Virus record (IMG/VR): IMGVR_UViG_3300027813_000038
Span: 1-34,978 of that record
From: a virus
Taxonomy: Duplodnaviria > Caudoviricetes
Reading direction: 5' to 3' (one strand)
DNA length: 34,978 bases
Numbering within the stretch: position 1 is the stretch's first letter; each line of letters starts with the position of its first letter. The translations under genes were made by a program, and so were the position numbers. The notes under the pieces were generated by a model. The model made no database searches, had not been told where the DNA came from, and saw nothing but the letters and a program-made list of their open reading frames with translations. Shown here one piece after another: positions 17,406 through 26,096 of this stretch.

Positions 17406-17437
17406 AAAAAATCCCTTAACAAATTAATGAAAAGGGA
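17406..17437 (-). terminator. Putative terminator after the tail tube gene
   Basis: TCCCTT/AAGGGA stem followed by a U-run. Confidence 0.5.
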
Positions 17438-17458
17438 GTTTAAATATTAATGCTTAGA

Positions 17459-17971
17459 TTATGCTACTACTGCTAAAAATTCAGTTACTGTTGAACTATC
17501 TAATATAGGTGCTAATAAAGCCTCTTTAGAAGTACCTGTTAAAGTGTACCCGTTGTTATCTTCATGCGCACTTCCTGTATTTACCGCTATCGAAAACTTA
17601 ACCCCGTCAGTAATTCCTACTGCAAAATAGTTTCCGTTTCTATCTTTTACAACTGCTTGCGGTGTGTTCGCTGCTGTTAAATTCATTTCCGCACTCGTTG
17701 CAGCATCTATCTTTTGTAGTATTGCTGTAATCGTTTGCGTATTCACTCTTGTACCTGCATCTCTGTTCGGTACTTGTTGCTCGTCTAAAATATGCCCATC
17801 ACCTTCTAAGTCATATTCGTAAGCCGCTGTTACTAATACATTCATTGCTGTTGCTTCCCCAGCCGAAACTGTAAAGGGATTTGCAACGTAATTGAATAAA
17901 TATAGTTTAGAAACACCTCCTAAAGTGTCTGAACATTGTTTTACTCGCCCACTCGTTATATCACACGCCAT
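17459..17971 (-). CDS. Major tail tube protein (putative)
   Basis: MACDITSGR..C..GG family following the capsid gene; flanked by terminators as expected for a highly expressed gene. Confidence 0.65.
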   Translation of the reverse strand: MACDITSGRVKQCSDTLGGVSKLYLFNYVANPFTVSAGEATAMNVLVTAAYEYDLEGDGHILDEQQVPNRDAGTRVNTQTITAILQKIDAATSAEMNLTAANTPQAVVKDRNGNYFAVGITDGVKFSIAVNTGSAHEDNNGYTLTGTSKEALLAPILDSSTVTEFLAVVA

Positions 17972-17985
17972 TGTTTATCTTGTTT

Positions 17986-18009
17986 AAAAAAAGGGGAGTT
18001 TCACCCCTT
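17986..18009 (-). terminator. Intrinsic terminator after the major capsid gene
   Basis: AAGGGG-TGAAACT-CCCCTT followed by a U-run. Confidence 0.75.
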
Positions 18010-18023
18010 AGTGATATTATTTT

Positions 18024-18926
18024 CTATCCTCTGTATAAAACTATCTCAGCACCGTAAGCGTATTGAACGCCACCTGTCATAACTAATTTCATTCTAACTT
18101 GTCCAGATAAATCTACTTCATCCATATCTTTAATCTTCACTTCGTTGATGTCTGATAAAAGACCAGTTCCAAAAAATACTTGGTTCTTGTTATAAGCTAC
18201 CATTGTATTCGCGTTCAATCCTTTAACTTCCGTTAAAATATATCCTTCAAATTCGAATTCTGATGGGTTTAAGAAAGTACCGTTTGACCTTGCTTGGCTT
18301 CCGTATGCTCTACGTAATGCTCTTATTACATTTGTAGATACACCGTAAACAATACCGTCAGATTCTAAAACTGCATCTGGAATTGCATCAAAGAAATTTC
18401 CTACTTGCGCCTCTACATTAGTTGATGTAATTGCTTGAGGTGCTGCTACATCAATCACGTCCGCATCTGCTACTAATGCTGGAATTATACCTGCAAGAGT
18501 TCCGTCCGAGTTGTCACCTTCCCAAATATCAACGTCTATCTTACGTGCTACTCTTTGCCCGTAATCGGCTAAAATTGCAGCAAGTTCTGTCGCTGGTAAG
18601 TTGTCATTGTGTGCAGAAAAGCCCATTTCTTGAGCAGTCCATAAATTTCTAAAATCTTCCTTACAAAATTCAGAATCCCATTTGATTTTCTTAGGGGCTA
18701 ATTCTCTTTCTGTTAAAGTTGTTGAGCCTGATGGATTCCATCCACAAGCGTAATCTACAAACCCGTCTGCTGTTTGTATTTTTCTTACAAATTCTGGTGA
18801 TACCACGTTAGGTCGCACCGTAATTAAATTTTCACTGATAGTGTTCGCCTCTTGTATCATTTTAGCGATATACTCACCAGCCACTTCACCCACGAAGTTT
18901 GTTGTTATATTTGTTGTTGTTGCCAT
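18024..18926 (-). CDS. Major capsid protein
   Basis: 300 aa; position after scaffold; FCKEDFRNLW, IWEGD, FFGTGLLSD, GVQY motifs typical of flavobacterial phage capsids. Confidence 0.8.
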   Translation of the reverse strand: MATTTNITTNFVGEVAGEYIAKMIQEANTISENLITVRPNVVSPEFVRKIQTADGFVDYACGWNPSGSTTLTERELAPKKIKWDSEFCKEDFRNLWTAQEMGFSAHNDNLPATELAAILADYGQRVARKIDVDIWEGDNSDGTLAGIIPALVADADVIDVAAPQAITSTNVEAQVGNFFDAIPDAVLESDGIVYGVSTNVIRALRRAYGSQARSNGTFLNPSEFEFEGYILTEVKGLNANTMVAYNKNQVFFGTGLLSDINEVKIKDMDEVDLSGQVRMKLVMTGGVQYAYGAEIVLYRG

Positions 18927-18945
18927 TTTATTTTGTTTTTTTTAA

Positions 18946-19368
18946 TTATGCTTCTGATGCCCAAATTCCTACTCCTCCTGTAATGTACCATTCTGTTAAT
19001 GATACTGCCGTAAGGATAACAAAATCCCCTTTGTTTGAAGTTGATTTAGTATTTACTAAATTCTTATTTACTACTCCACTTGCTACTGAATCTGCTGCTG
19101 CGTTAGCAATAGTTCCGTTAATACCGTCTAAGGCATTAGGAGAGATTGTAATTAAGTTGTTTCCGTCTGCTCCTGTATTTCTAAATATAAGAGTTAATCC
19201 TAATGTAGAGGATGTAATTAAAGGTAAAGTATATACCTTTGCATCTGTTGCCATGTTTTGCTCTATTCCACTATCAGAGTCTGTAAGTGTTAAACTTACG
19301 GCTGATAAATTTTGAGCCACTCTCGTTCTTGGAGTTCCAAAAATCGAATTTACTGTTGTTGTTGCCAT
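18946..19368 (-). CDS. Putative capsid decoration/accessory protein
   Basis: Between scaffold and capsid; beta-rich (YTLP, W near C-terminus); same MATTT start as the capsid. Confidence 0.5.
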   Translation of the reverse strand: MATTTVNSIFGTPRTRVAQNLSAVSLTLTDSDSGIEQNMATDAKVYTLPLITSSTLGLTLIFRNTGADGNNLITISPNALDGINGTIANAAADSVASGVVNKNLVNTKSTSNKGDFVILTAVSLTEWYITGGVGIWASEA

Positions 19369-20475
19369 TTATAATTTGTTGTTTAAAAATTCAATGTAAT
19401 TCTGTTTTGTACCTTGTCTTAAAGTCGGTGCGCTTACTGTTTTACTAGCTGCTGGCTTGTTAGAAAATTCTACTAACTGACCTTTGAAAGTTTCAAGCTC
19501 TAACTTGATTGCTTTTTCAAATTCTAGTCTTTCAGTTTTAGCATCTTCTGTGTATTTAATTAGTACACTTTTGATTTCCGCTGCTACGTCTGCTGCTGTC
19601 GCTGCTGCTGGTGCTGCTACTGGTTCTGCTAATTCTGCTGGTGCTTCCTCTTCTTCTGCTACTCCAATTGAAGCAATAATACCTTCTTCAACTACTGATA
19701 GATTGCCACCGCCTTCTAAAGCATATTCCCCAACTGGCAGAGGTATCTTTGTCTCGCCATCTGCATCCATAAGATAGACCGCCCCACCTACTTCTGGCGT
19801 TTCGCCATCGTACATAAGAGCCGTTCCATCGACTGAATTTACACTACCTAGTTTAACCTCCTCCTTTGCAGGATTCAAAGTCAACATGATAGCCTTAGAA
19901 ATGTCTTTAATTTCTTCTAAAATTGTTTTCTCCATTTGTTTATCTTTATTTAATTTAACTTCCTGTAATTCGACAAAAGCGTCGATTGAATAGCCTTTTA
20001 CTTTTCCTGTCTTAACGTAATCATTCCAAACATCATCACTGTCTATTTTAGATACAGCCATCCACGACCCTTCTTTTGGGTTTAGACCTAAAGAAATAGC
20101 AGTGTCCATTTTCTCGTCTCTTACTAGCCACATTTCTGTGAAAGAAACGCCTTCTATTCTTTGACCGCTATGCTCTATGCTTGAGTTTGTTTGGTAGCCT
20201 TGTTTAGCGAAGTTATACATCAAATCTTTAACAGTTTCTTTAGAAAAAAACATTTCAAATTCTTCTCCGCCTTGATTTCTGTAAACTTTTTTATCTGGCT
20301 CTAATACTAGACCTACTATGATTCTTTGCTCTTCATCTAAAGTCTTTAACTCTATCTTAGAATCTGCTTTAGAGAGCGCTAAAAATGTCTCTTCCATTGC
20401 AGGGTCTTCAACTAAAGAGATACCCCAAACACCTTTATTCTTCGCCTCATTAAATACAGCCTCGTAAACCTTCAT
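19369..20475 (-). CDS. Prohead protease (XkdF-like) fused to scaffold
   Basis: GISLVEDPA, IEH, GSWM, GKVKGYSID; acidic Ala/Glu-rich C-terminal half. Confidence 0.8.
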   Translation of the reverse strand: MKVYEAVFNEAKNKGVWGISLVEDPAMEETFLALSKADSKIELKTLDEEQRIIVGLVLEPDKKVYRNQGGEEFEMFFSKETVKDLMYNFAKQGYQTNSSIEHSGQRIEGVSFTEMWLVRDEKMDTAISLGLNPKEGSWMAVSKIDSDDVWNDYVKTGKVKGYSIDAFVELQEVKLNKDKQMEKTILEEIKDISKAIMLTLNPAKEEVKLGSVNSVDGTALMYDGETPEVGGAVYLMDADGETKIPLPVGEYALEGGGNLSVVEEGIIASIGVAEEEEAPAELAEPVAAPAAATAADVAAEIKSVLIKYTEDAKTERLEFEKAIKLELETFKGQLVEFSNKPAASKTVSAPTLRQGTKQNYIEFLNNKL

Positions 20476-20498
20476 AGATTATAACTATTGTTTAGTAC

Positions 20499-20531
20499 AC
20501 TACTATAACTAAAAAGTATAGGTTTTGTTAC
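20499..20531 (-). promoter_or_regulatory. Late promoter motif copy 2
   Basis: GTAACAAA-ACCTATACTT-TTTAGTTATAGTAGT upstream of the protease gene. Confidence 0.75.
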
Positions 20532-20551
20532 AAAAAAAGGAATTTTACATG

Positions 20552-20559
20552 TAGGTTTG
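20552..20559 (+). promoter_or_regulatory. Host-type -7 element (TAGGTTTG) for the plus-strand cassette
   Basis: TAnnTTTG match ~28 nt upstream of the ATG at 20587. Confidence 0.55.
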
Positions 20560-20586
20560 TATATTATTAACAATTAAATAGAAATT

Positions 20587-20829
20587 ATGACAACTCACAT
20601 TAAAAACAGAATCGAAAAAATACTTTTCAATGGTGGAATAGTAAGTTTAGAATTAAAAAAACTTGTAGATATATTGGAAGATATAAGAAGTACAAAAAGT
20701 ATTAACACAGAGTTTAAAGAAGCCTTTATTGATATAGAAAAAAGAAAAGGAACTATAACAAAATCTACAAAAGACCAAGTATTTGAATACATAAACAACA
20801 CAGATAAATTTAAATTATGGATAGATTAG
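20587..20829 (+). CDS. Hypothetical protein (80 aa), accessory cassette
   Basis: A-rich leader; local strand skew flips to A-rich plus strand. Confidence 0.7.
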   Translation: MTTHIKNRIEKILFNGGIVSLELKKLVDILEDIRSTKSINTEFKEAFIDIEKRKGTITKSTKDQVFEYINNTDKFKLWID

Positions 20830-20902
20830 CACAAAGTTCTTCAGAAGAACTAATATAATTAAAAGAAGATTATATAAAAAATTAACAATTAAATATATAA
20901 AC

Positions 20903-21124
20903 ATGAATACAGTAAAAAAAGAAGGAACACAAACAGGAAGAGATTATTACATTTTCCAAAGAGAATTATCAGGATATGTAATTGAGAGAGACGGCTTATT
21001 CGTGCCTAAATGGATGGCGTTTTTTAACGGGTATACTTACCACCAATTACTAAAAGGAGAGAAGAGAGTTAAGGCTAGGGCTTATACTGATGCTGAAAAG
21101 AAGCAACGGTTTGCTGTTTTGTAA
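20903..21124 (+). CDS. Hypothetical protein (73 aa), accessory cassette
   Basis: ORF with leader motif ATTAACAATTAAATA. Confidence 0.7.
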   Translation: MNTVKKEGTQTGRDYYIFQRELSGYVIERDGLFVPKWMAFFNGYTYHQLLKGEKRVKARAYTDAEKKQRFAVL

Positions 21125-21159
21125 CTAATTAAATAACTAAAATAAAAATAAATATAATT

Positions 21160-21567
21160 ATGAACCATATTATAAAAATTGACGTAGAAAAAAATGACAC
21201 AATTATTACTAAACTTTTTAATATAGACGAAACTATATCTGAAGGTTTTTATTTAACCATGAATGATGAAAAGGTAAATACTAATATTGAAAGTTTTGGT
21301 ATTAAAAAAACACCTGCAAAATCATACGATGACATCGGTGTACAGTACCAGAAAAATGGAAATTGTGTAATAGTAACTTTCAATATTAAGCAGCCAAATA
21401 TTGATTTTTACGGACAGTTTTTAATAGGTGAACAAATCAACACGTTAGATATTTTAAACTGCGAACATAATGCTCTAAATGGACTTCAACCTATTTTGAT
21501 GGATGCTTGCGACCTTGTAAAAGTGCAAACAATGGATGACTTAATGAAGTTAAAAAGACTGATGTAA
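21160..21567 (+). CDS. Hypothetical protein (135 aa), accessory cassette
   Basis: ORF with A-rich leader, converging on the tape measure gene. Confidence 0.7.
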   Translation: MNHIIKIDVEKNDTIITKLFNIDETISEGFYLTMNDEKVNTNIESFGIKKTPAKSYDDIGVQYQKNGNCVIVTFNIKQPNIDFYGQFLIGEQINTLDILNCEHNALNGLQPILMDACDLVKVQTMDDLMKLKRLM

Positions 21568-21593
21568 GGTTTACTTCTATAAGTTAATTACAA

Positions 21594-23303
21594 TTAAAGA
21601 CTGCTATTCTCTACAATATTCCTGTCAAGGCTTTGAGCGTTAGAAACATCTGAACTAACTACAAAGGCTTTGATAGGATTATCTTGTCTTGATAAACTGT
21701 CTGATATTTGATTAGTTCCTGTTCCTTGAACTAGATTGAAAGATGGTGCTGCTGCTACAGGAGGTGCTAAATTACCACCACCACCGCTAGAACTACCGCC
21801 GCTTGCTCCGTATTTAGCTGCTACGTTTTTACTCCCTTTAACCGCTCCAAGCACACTGCTAACTATTCCAACGGCTGCACCTGCATAACCAACTAAAGCA
21901 GGAATTGCTGCTGGAAATCCCAAAGCAAGTGTATTTGCAAATCCAGTTGCTACTGATGAACTCGCTTTAGCACCATCCAAAGATGTTTCGGCTAATGTTT
22001 TTGTTGCTTTACTTTTTACTGCTGCAATATCTATTAATAACTCTTGAGTGGCTAATGCTTGTTTACCTAATAAAGCAGCTACTCCTAAAGCGGACTCTTC
22101 ACCCACTAAACTTTGGAATAAATCTAAAGCTTTTATTTTAGAGTTTGTTATTTGTTCTTGTAGTGCTATTTCATCCGCAGCATTTTTCTTTTTATCTTCA
22201 ATTGCTTTATCTGCTATTACTTTCTTTTTTTCTTCGTTTACAATTGAATCATCTGCTCCTTTTTTCTCTAGTTCTATTTGCTCTTTTAATAACGAGTTTG
22301 TATTTATTAATTGCTCACTTCTAAAACCTTCGACTTGCGCTTGTATCGCCATCCTTTCGTTCTTGGCTTCAATTAAAGCAATTTGATTCTCTATGTTATC
22401 ATTTAAAGCCAATTCATTAGCAGCTGCTGTAATTGATAACTCAGCATTTTCAAGCATTGTTTTTTCCTGCTCTTCTAAAATTTCACCAAGTTTTATATTG
22501 GCTGCAATCCTGTCTTCTATAGACCTACTTTCATCGTCTCGTATTTGTCTTTGTTGTTCTGCTTGTCTATCGTACTTCTCAATCAACCCTTGATTAATCG
22601 CCTCCGCTATTAAAGCCTGTTTGGCTACTTCTGTAATACCCGACGCTGCATTGTATGATTCTTTCGCGTAATCTGCTAATGAACTCGCTCCCTTTGTAAG
22701 TGTTTCGCTAACTTTATCTACCGTACCATCGACACCTGTGAACACATCAACTAACTCTTTCCCAGCTTCTCCAACGGCATCTAATGCTGCGTTAAAATTA
22801 CCAGCGAATAATTCTTTAAAGGCTGTTCCCACAAATCCAACTACTTCTAAAAGAGAGTTGAAGCTCTCTATCATACCCTCCTGTATAGCTTGTTTTATTT
22901 TTTCAAAGGTAAGGTTATCAAAAAAAGTTTTTAACTGCTTAAAGGCTGGCATAAAGTTTTGAGTAACAAACCCGTACAAATCTTTAAAAGCAATTTCTAA
23001 AGTTTTCATAACGTTGGATAATAAATCCATAACTTTTTGATTCCTACTTAAAATCTCTGCAAGTTTAGCAAATAACGATACAACTAAACCTATACCTATT
23101 GCTTTAAACGCTGTAGCTATACCTTTAAAACCTTTAGATAGTTTACTAGAACCTTTCTCTGCTTTATCAAAAGACTTTTCAGTTTCTTTACCCATCTTGC
23201 TAACCTCGCCAGATAGTTTGTCTATTGCGTTTGTTAGTTTTTCAGTTTCGCTAATTGCATCATCAGCATCTGCTTTTATTATAATCTCTTTCGTTATACT
23301 CAT
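21594..23303 (-). CDS. Tape measure protein
   Basis: 569 aa helical Ala/Glu/Lys-rich with hydrophobic segments; C-terminal KAFVVSSDVS motif. Confidence 0.8.
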   Translation of the reverse strand: MSITKEIIIKADADDAISETEKLTNAIDKLSGEVSKMGKETEKSFDKAEKGSSKLSKGFKGIATAFKAIGIGLVVSLFAKLAEILSRNQKVMDLLSNVMKTLEIAFKDLYGFVTQNFMPAFKQLKTFFDNLTFEKIKQAIQEGMIESFNSLLEVVGFVGTAFKELFAGNFNAALDAVGEAGKELVDVFTGVDGTVDKVSETLTKGASSLADYAKESYNAASGITEVAKQALIAEAINQGLIEKYDRQAEQQRQIRDDESRSIEDRIAANIKLGEILEEQEKTMLENAELSITAAANELALNDNIENQIALIEAKNERMAIQAQVEGFRSEQLINTNSLLKEQIELEKKGADDSIVNEEKKKVIADKAIEDKKKNAADEIALQEQITNSKIKALDLFQSLVGEESALGVAALLGKQALATQELLIDIAAVKSKATKTLAETSLDGAKASSSVATGFANTLALGFPAAIPALVGYAGAAVGIVSSVLGAVKGSKNVAAKYGASGGSSSGGGGNLAPPVAAAPSFNLVQGTGTNQISDSLSRQDNPIKAFVVSSDVSNAQSLDRNIVENSSL

Positions 23304-23306
23304 TTG

Positions 23307-23459
23307 TTATTTCTTTACGTTACGCCATACTCTAGTTGTTTTGTCTTTAAACCCTCTCCAATCGCTTACAAGTTCATTCTTTCCTTTTGCTAATTCTGTG
23401 AACTCACCAGCACCATAAAACTTGTTACTTTGCAATATTGATATTGTATTTCCTAGCAT
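23307..23459 (-). CDS. Small protein before tape measure (50 aa, MLGNTISILQ...LAKGK), not in the ORF track
   Basis: Translated by hand; exactly fills the gap between neighbours. Confidence 0.65.
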   Translation of the reverse strand: MLGNTISILQSNKFYGAGEFTELAKGKNELVSDWRGFKDKTTRVWRNVKK

Positions 23460-23864
23460 TTAATTTTCTTTATGTATTGCTATAAACTTTTGTAAAGCAG
23501 ACCCGCAAATAGTATAAGATTTTGATAAAGGTATTTTAATAAACTTGCCTTCGCTATTTTTCCACTCCACATTTTTAGCACCTAACTTTTCACATAACTG
23601 TGTTGCCCCCAATAATTGGGTAGCCATTTCTCTCGTAAAATGAAATGTGTTATCCTTATATTCTACGTCAACTCCTGCTGCTTCTAATTCTGCTATTTTT
23701 TTTTCTCTATCATTTTCTGTTTGCTTATATGAATCTTCTTGTGTCCATCCTTCTACTATTGTAGTTCCGTTCCATGTCGGCTTTTTAAAAAGAGAAACGC
23801 CTTCCCACTCCTTTAAAATACCAGACTCTATTTTATAAACTATCTCATCTTGCGTATATTTCAT
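23460..23864 (-). CDS. Putative tail fibre assembly/chaperone protein
   Basis: Follows the fibre gene; PTWNGT..VEGW and VEWKNSEG patterns. Confidence 0.5.
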   Translation of the reverse strand: MKYTQDEIVYKIESGILKEWEGVSLFKKPTWNGTTIVEGWTQEDSYKQTENDREKKIAELEAAGVDVEYKDNTFHFTREMATQLLGATQLCEKLGAKNVEWKNSEGKFIKIPLSKSYTICGSALQKFIAIHKEN

Positions 23865-23885
23865 TTTAAACTATTTTTATTGTTT

Positions 23886-26093
23886 TTAATTTAATTTTTT
23901 ATAGGAAATCCAACTACCAGCTTTTAGCGTTGATGCTGTTGAATACGAATTGTCTTGTGCCCAAGAAAAATCCATTGAAGTCCCAGTAGTTGTGTAGAGA
24001 GTTCCTACCACGAATAAAGATTCTTTTGCTGAACTTAGTGGAAAAGAAGATACACCATTTTGATTGATATACCCCCCACCTGTAGTCCTATCTCCATACA
24101 TTTTATGTACATCGGCTGTTGTGCCCGCAGTATACAACCTCCATTTCATGTCTGGTAATGTAGATGCAGAATAACCTAGAACAAATATTTGTATGGCATA
24201 AGTACTGTTAGTATCCAGTCCTGTTAATTTTAATTGTGGGTCGGCAGACATACTTGTAGTACTTGCTTTGTTAGTATCTGTTGTTTTATAAACAGTTGAC
24301 CACCCTCCTCCTCCTCCAGCTGCGGCTGCCCAACTAGCATTACCTGAAGCGTCAGAAGTTAACACATATGTGTCAGTAGCTCCTGTTGTTAATTGTATTA
24401 CGCTTGCTTTTATATTTCCGTTTACCTCTAATGCTTGTGATGGAGTTGTTGTCCCAATACCCACGTTGCCTACAAAAGAGGAGTCTCCTGTTCCTTGTGC
24501 TGTTGTTGTTCCTGTAACCGTTAAATCCCCTGTTAAAGTATCTGTAGTATTTAAAAGGTAACCGCTTAAGTCTTGGTCGCCTGTATTTGTTCCGCTAGTA
24601 TTAGCTAATCTAGTTGAGCTAGTACTATCAAAAGAAACTTTGGCTGTATTTAAATCAACTTCGCTTTGCAACCCACTATATAAAGTATTTGTGGCGTTAT
24701 CCCCTGTATTTGTTCCGCTTTGATTCCCTAAATTTGTTTTTTCTGCATCAGTAAAAGCGTTCGTATTAGCATTGCTTTCATAAAGAGCCTTTATAGAGGC
24801 TGCATCTAAATTAGACTGAACAACAGTCCAATCAGTTAAAGCAGCAGGGTCGTCAACCTCTGCTATTAACACGTCTCCAACTTGCACCGCTTCCGTAAAG
24901 AAATCACCTAATACAGTTACAGTCCACATAAATCCTTTAAATACAGTTCCTGCTGTGGGAGCTTCTAAATCTGGTGAGTTTGTCCCCGCATTATAAGAGC
25001 CCTGATAATAAACTCCACCTACAATAGCTGATGCAACTTGTGCTGTTACATAAGCTTTTACACTTTGTTGTGTAGGTACTTTAGTTGCTAAGTCAGAAGC
25101 AAAGCTATCTTCATCAATAACAAAGCCCATTGGTGTAGTTACAGTATCTGTATTAAGTACCGCATCATTCGCCTTGCTTTCCACATCGTCTAAATCTACT
25201 GCTTGTGTAACAGATAAGTAACCTACTTTTGTACTGTCAACACTTGGATAGGTAACCTTAGCTGTATTTAATCCTACTGCGGCTGCATCAGTATAACTTA
25301 CTTTAGCATTATTCGCTACTATTTCATCGAACTTTGCTTTTGTAAGTAATCCAGCTCTTGAAGTACTTGCAGCTAATAATGTCGCATTTGTACCATCACT
25401 TGAATTAACATCGACAGTGGTTGTTGTTGATGTGCCCTCTGATAAATCAGTTGATACATTCGTCACTTTAGCGTTGTTAGTGACAATATCACTCTCCATT
25501 GTATCTAAATCAACAGCTTGTGTAACACTTACAAAACCTACTTTCGTTTGTTCTGCATCAGTAAAAGCGTTTGTATCTGCATTAGATTCGTAAAGAGCCT
25601 TTATTGAAGAAGCATCTAAGTTAGACTGAACAACAGTCCAATCGGCTAAAACACTTGGGTCGTCAACCTCTGCTATTAACACATCTCCAACCTGAACAGA
25701 TTCTGTAAAGAAATCTCCTAAGACCGTTACAGTCCACATGAAGCCCTTGAATATTGTTCCTGCTGTAGGTGTCTCTAAATTAGGAGTATTAGTTCCTGCA
25801 TTATATGAACCTTGATAGTATACACCCCCCACAATAGCCGAAGCAATTTGAGAAGCAATGTAGGCTTTTGTAGATTGTTGTGTTGGTACTTTGGTCGCTA
25901 AATTGGAAGAGAAATTATCTTCGTCAATAACAAACTGCATAGGCGTAGTTACAGTATCAGCATTAAGCACAACATCACTTAAAGAGTCGTAGACCTCTGT
26001 AAAGTTGTCGTTAATAATATCCCCACCTGCTCTTAGAGTTGTGCCTGTTCCGTCGTTCGCTACCGAACCTAAATCTATTGTTTGCTTTGCCAT
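23886..26093 (-). CDS. Tail fibre protein with T4 gp9/gp10-like N-terminus and internal duplication
   Basis: MAKQTIDLGSVANDGTGTTLR..INDNFTEVY; GNVGIGTTTP, SGTNTGD and VLTSDASGNASW fibre motifs. Confidence 0.8.
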   Translation of the reverse strand: MAKQTIDLGSVANDGTGTTLRAGGDIINDNFTEVYDSLSDVVLNADTVTTPMQFVIDEDNFSSNLATKVPTQQSTKAYIASQIASAIVGGVYYQGSYNAGTNTPNLETPTAGTIFKGFMWTVTVLGDFFTESVQVGDVLIAEVDDPSVLADWTVVQSNLDASSIKALYESNADTNAFTDAEQTKVGFVSVTQAVDLDTMESDIVTNNAKVTNVSTDLSEGTSTTTTVDVNSSDGTNATLLAASTSRAGLLTKAKFDEIVANNAKVSYTDAAAVGLNTAKVTYPSVDSTKVGYLSVTQAVDLDDVESKANDAVLNTDTVTTPMGFVIDEDSFASDLATKVPTQQSVKAYVTAQVASAIVGGVYYQGSYNAGTNSPDLEAPTAGTVFKGFMWTVTVLGDFFTEAVQVGDVLIAEVDDPAALTDWTVVQSNLDAASIKALYESNANTNAFTDAEKTNLGNQSGTNTGDNATNTLYSGLQSEVDLNTAKVSFDSTSSTRLANTSGTNTGDQDLSGYLLNTTDTLTGDLTVTGTTTAQGTGDSSFVGNVGIGTTTPSQALEVNGNIKASVIQLTTGATDTYVLTSDASGNASWAAAAGGGGGWSTVYKTTDTNKASTTSMSADPQLKLTGLDTNSTYAIQIFVLGYSASTLPDMKWRLYTAGTTADVHKMYGDRTTGGGYINQNGVSSFPLSSAKESLFVVGTLYTTTGTSMDFSWAQDNSYSTASTLKAGSWISYKKLN
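24741..25970. repeat. Diverged ~420-nt direct repeat (24741..25160 and 25551..25970) within the fibre gene
   Basis: Two ~140-aa near-identical units offset by 810 nt. Confidence 0.9.
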
Positions 26094-26096
26094 ATT

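Noticed and set aside
17366-17422. N-terminal extension MLRDFLFKVTNLAIFSYNS of ORF 17033..17422
   Set aside because: Overlaps the late promoter and terminator; real start is most likely 17365
20595-20801. 68-aa minus-strand ORF
   Set aside because: Antisense to the better-supported plus-strand gene 20587..20829
24741-25970. Fibre repeat as a diversity-generating retroelement TR/VR pair
   Set aside because: No reverse transcriptase in the genome; both copies are in-frame coding and differences are not adenine-specific
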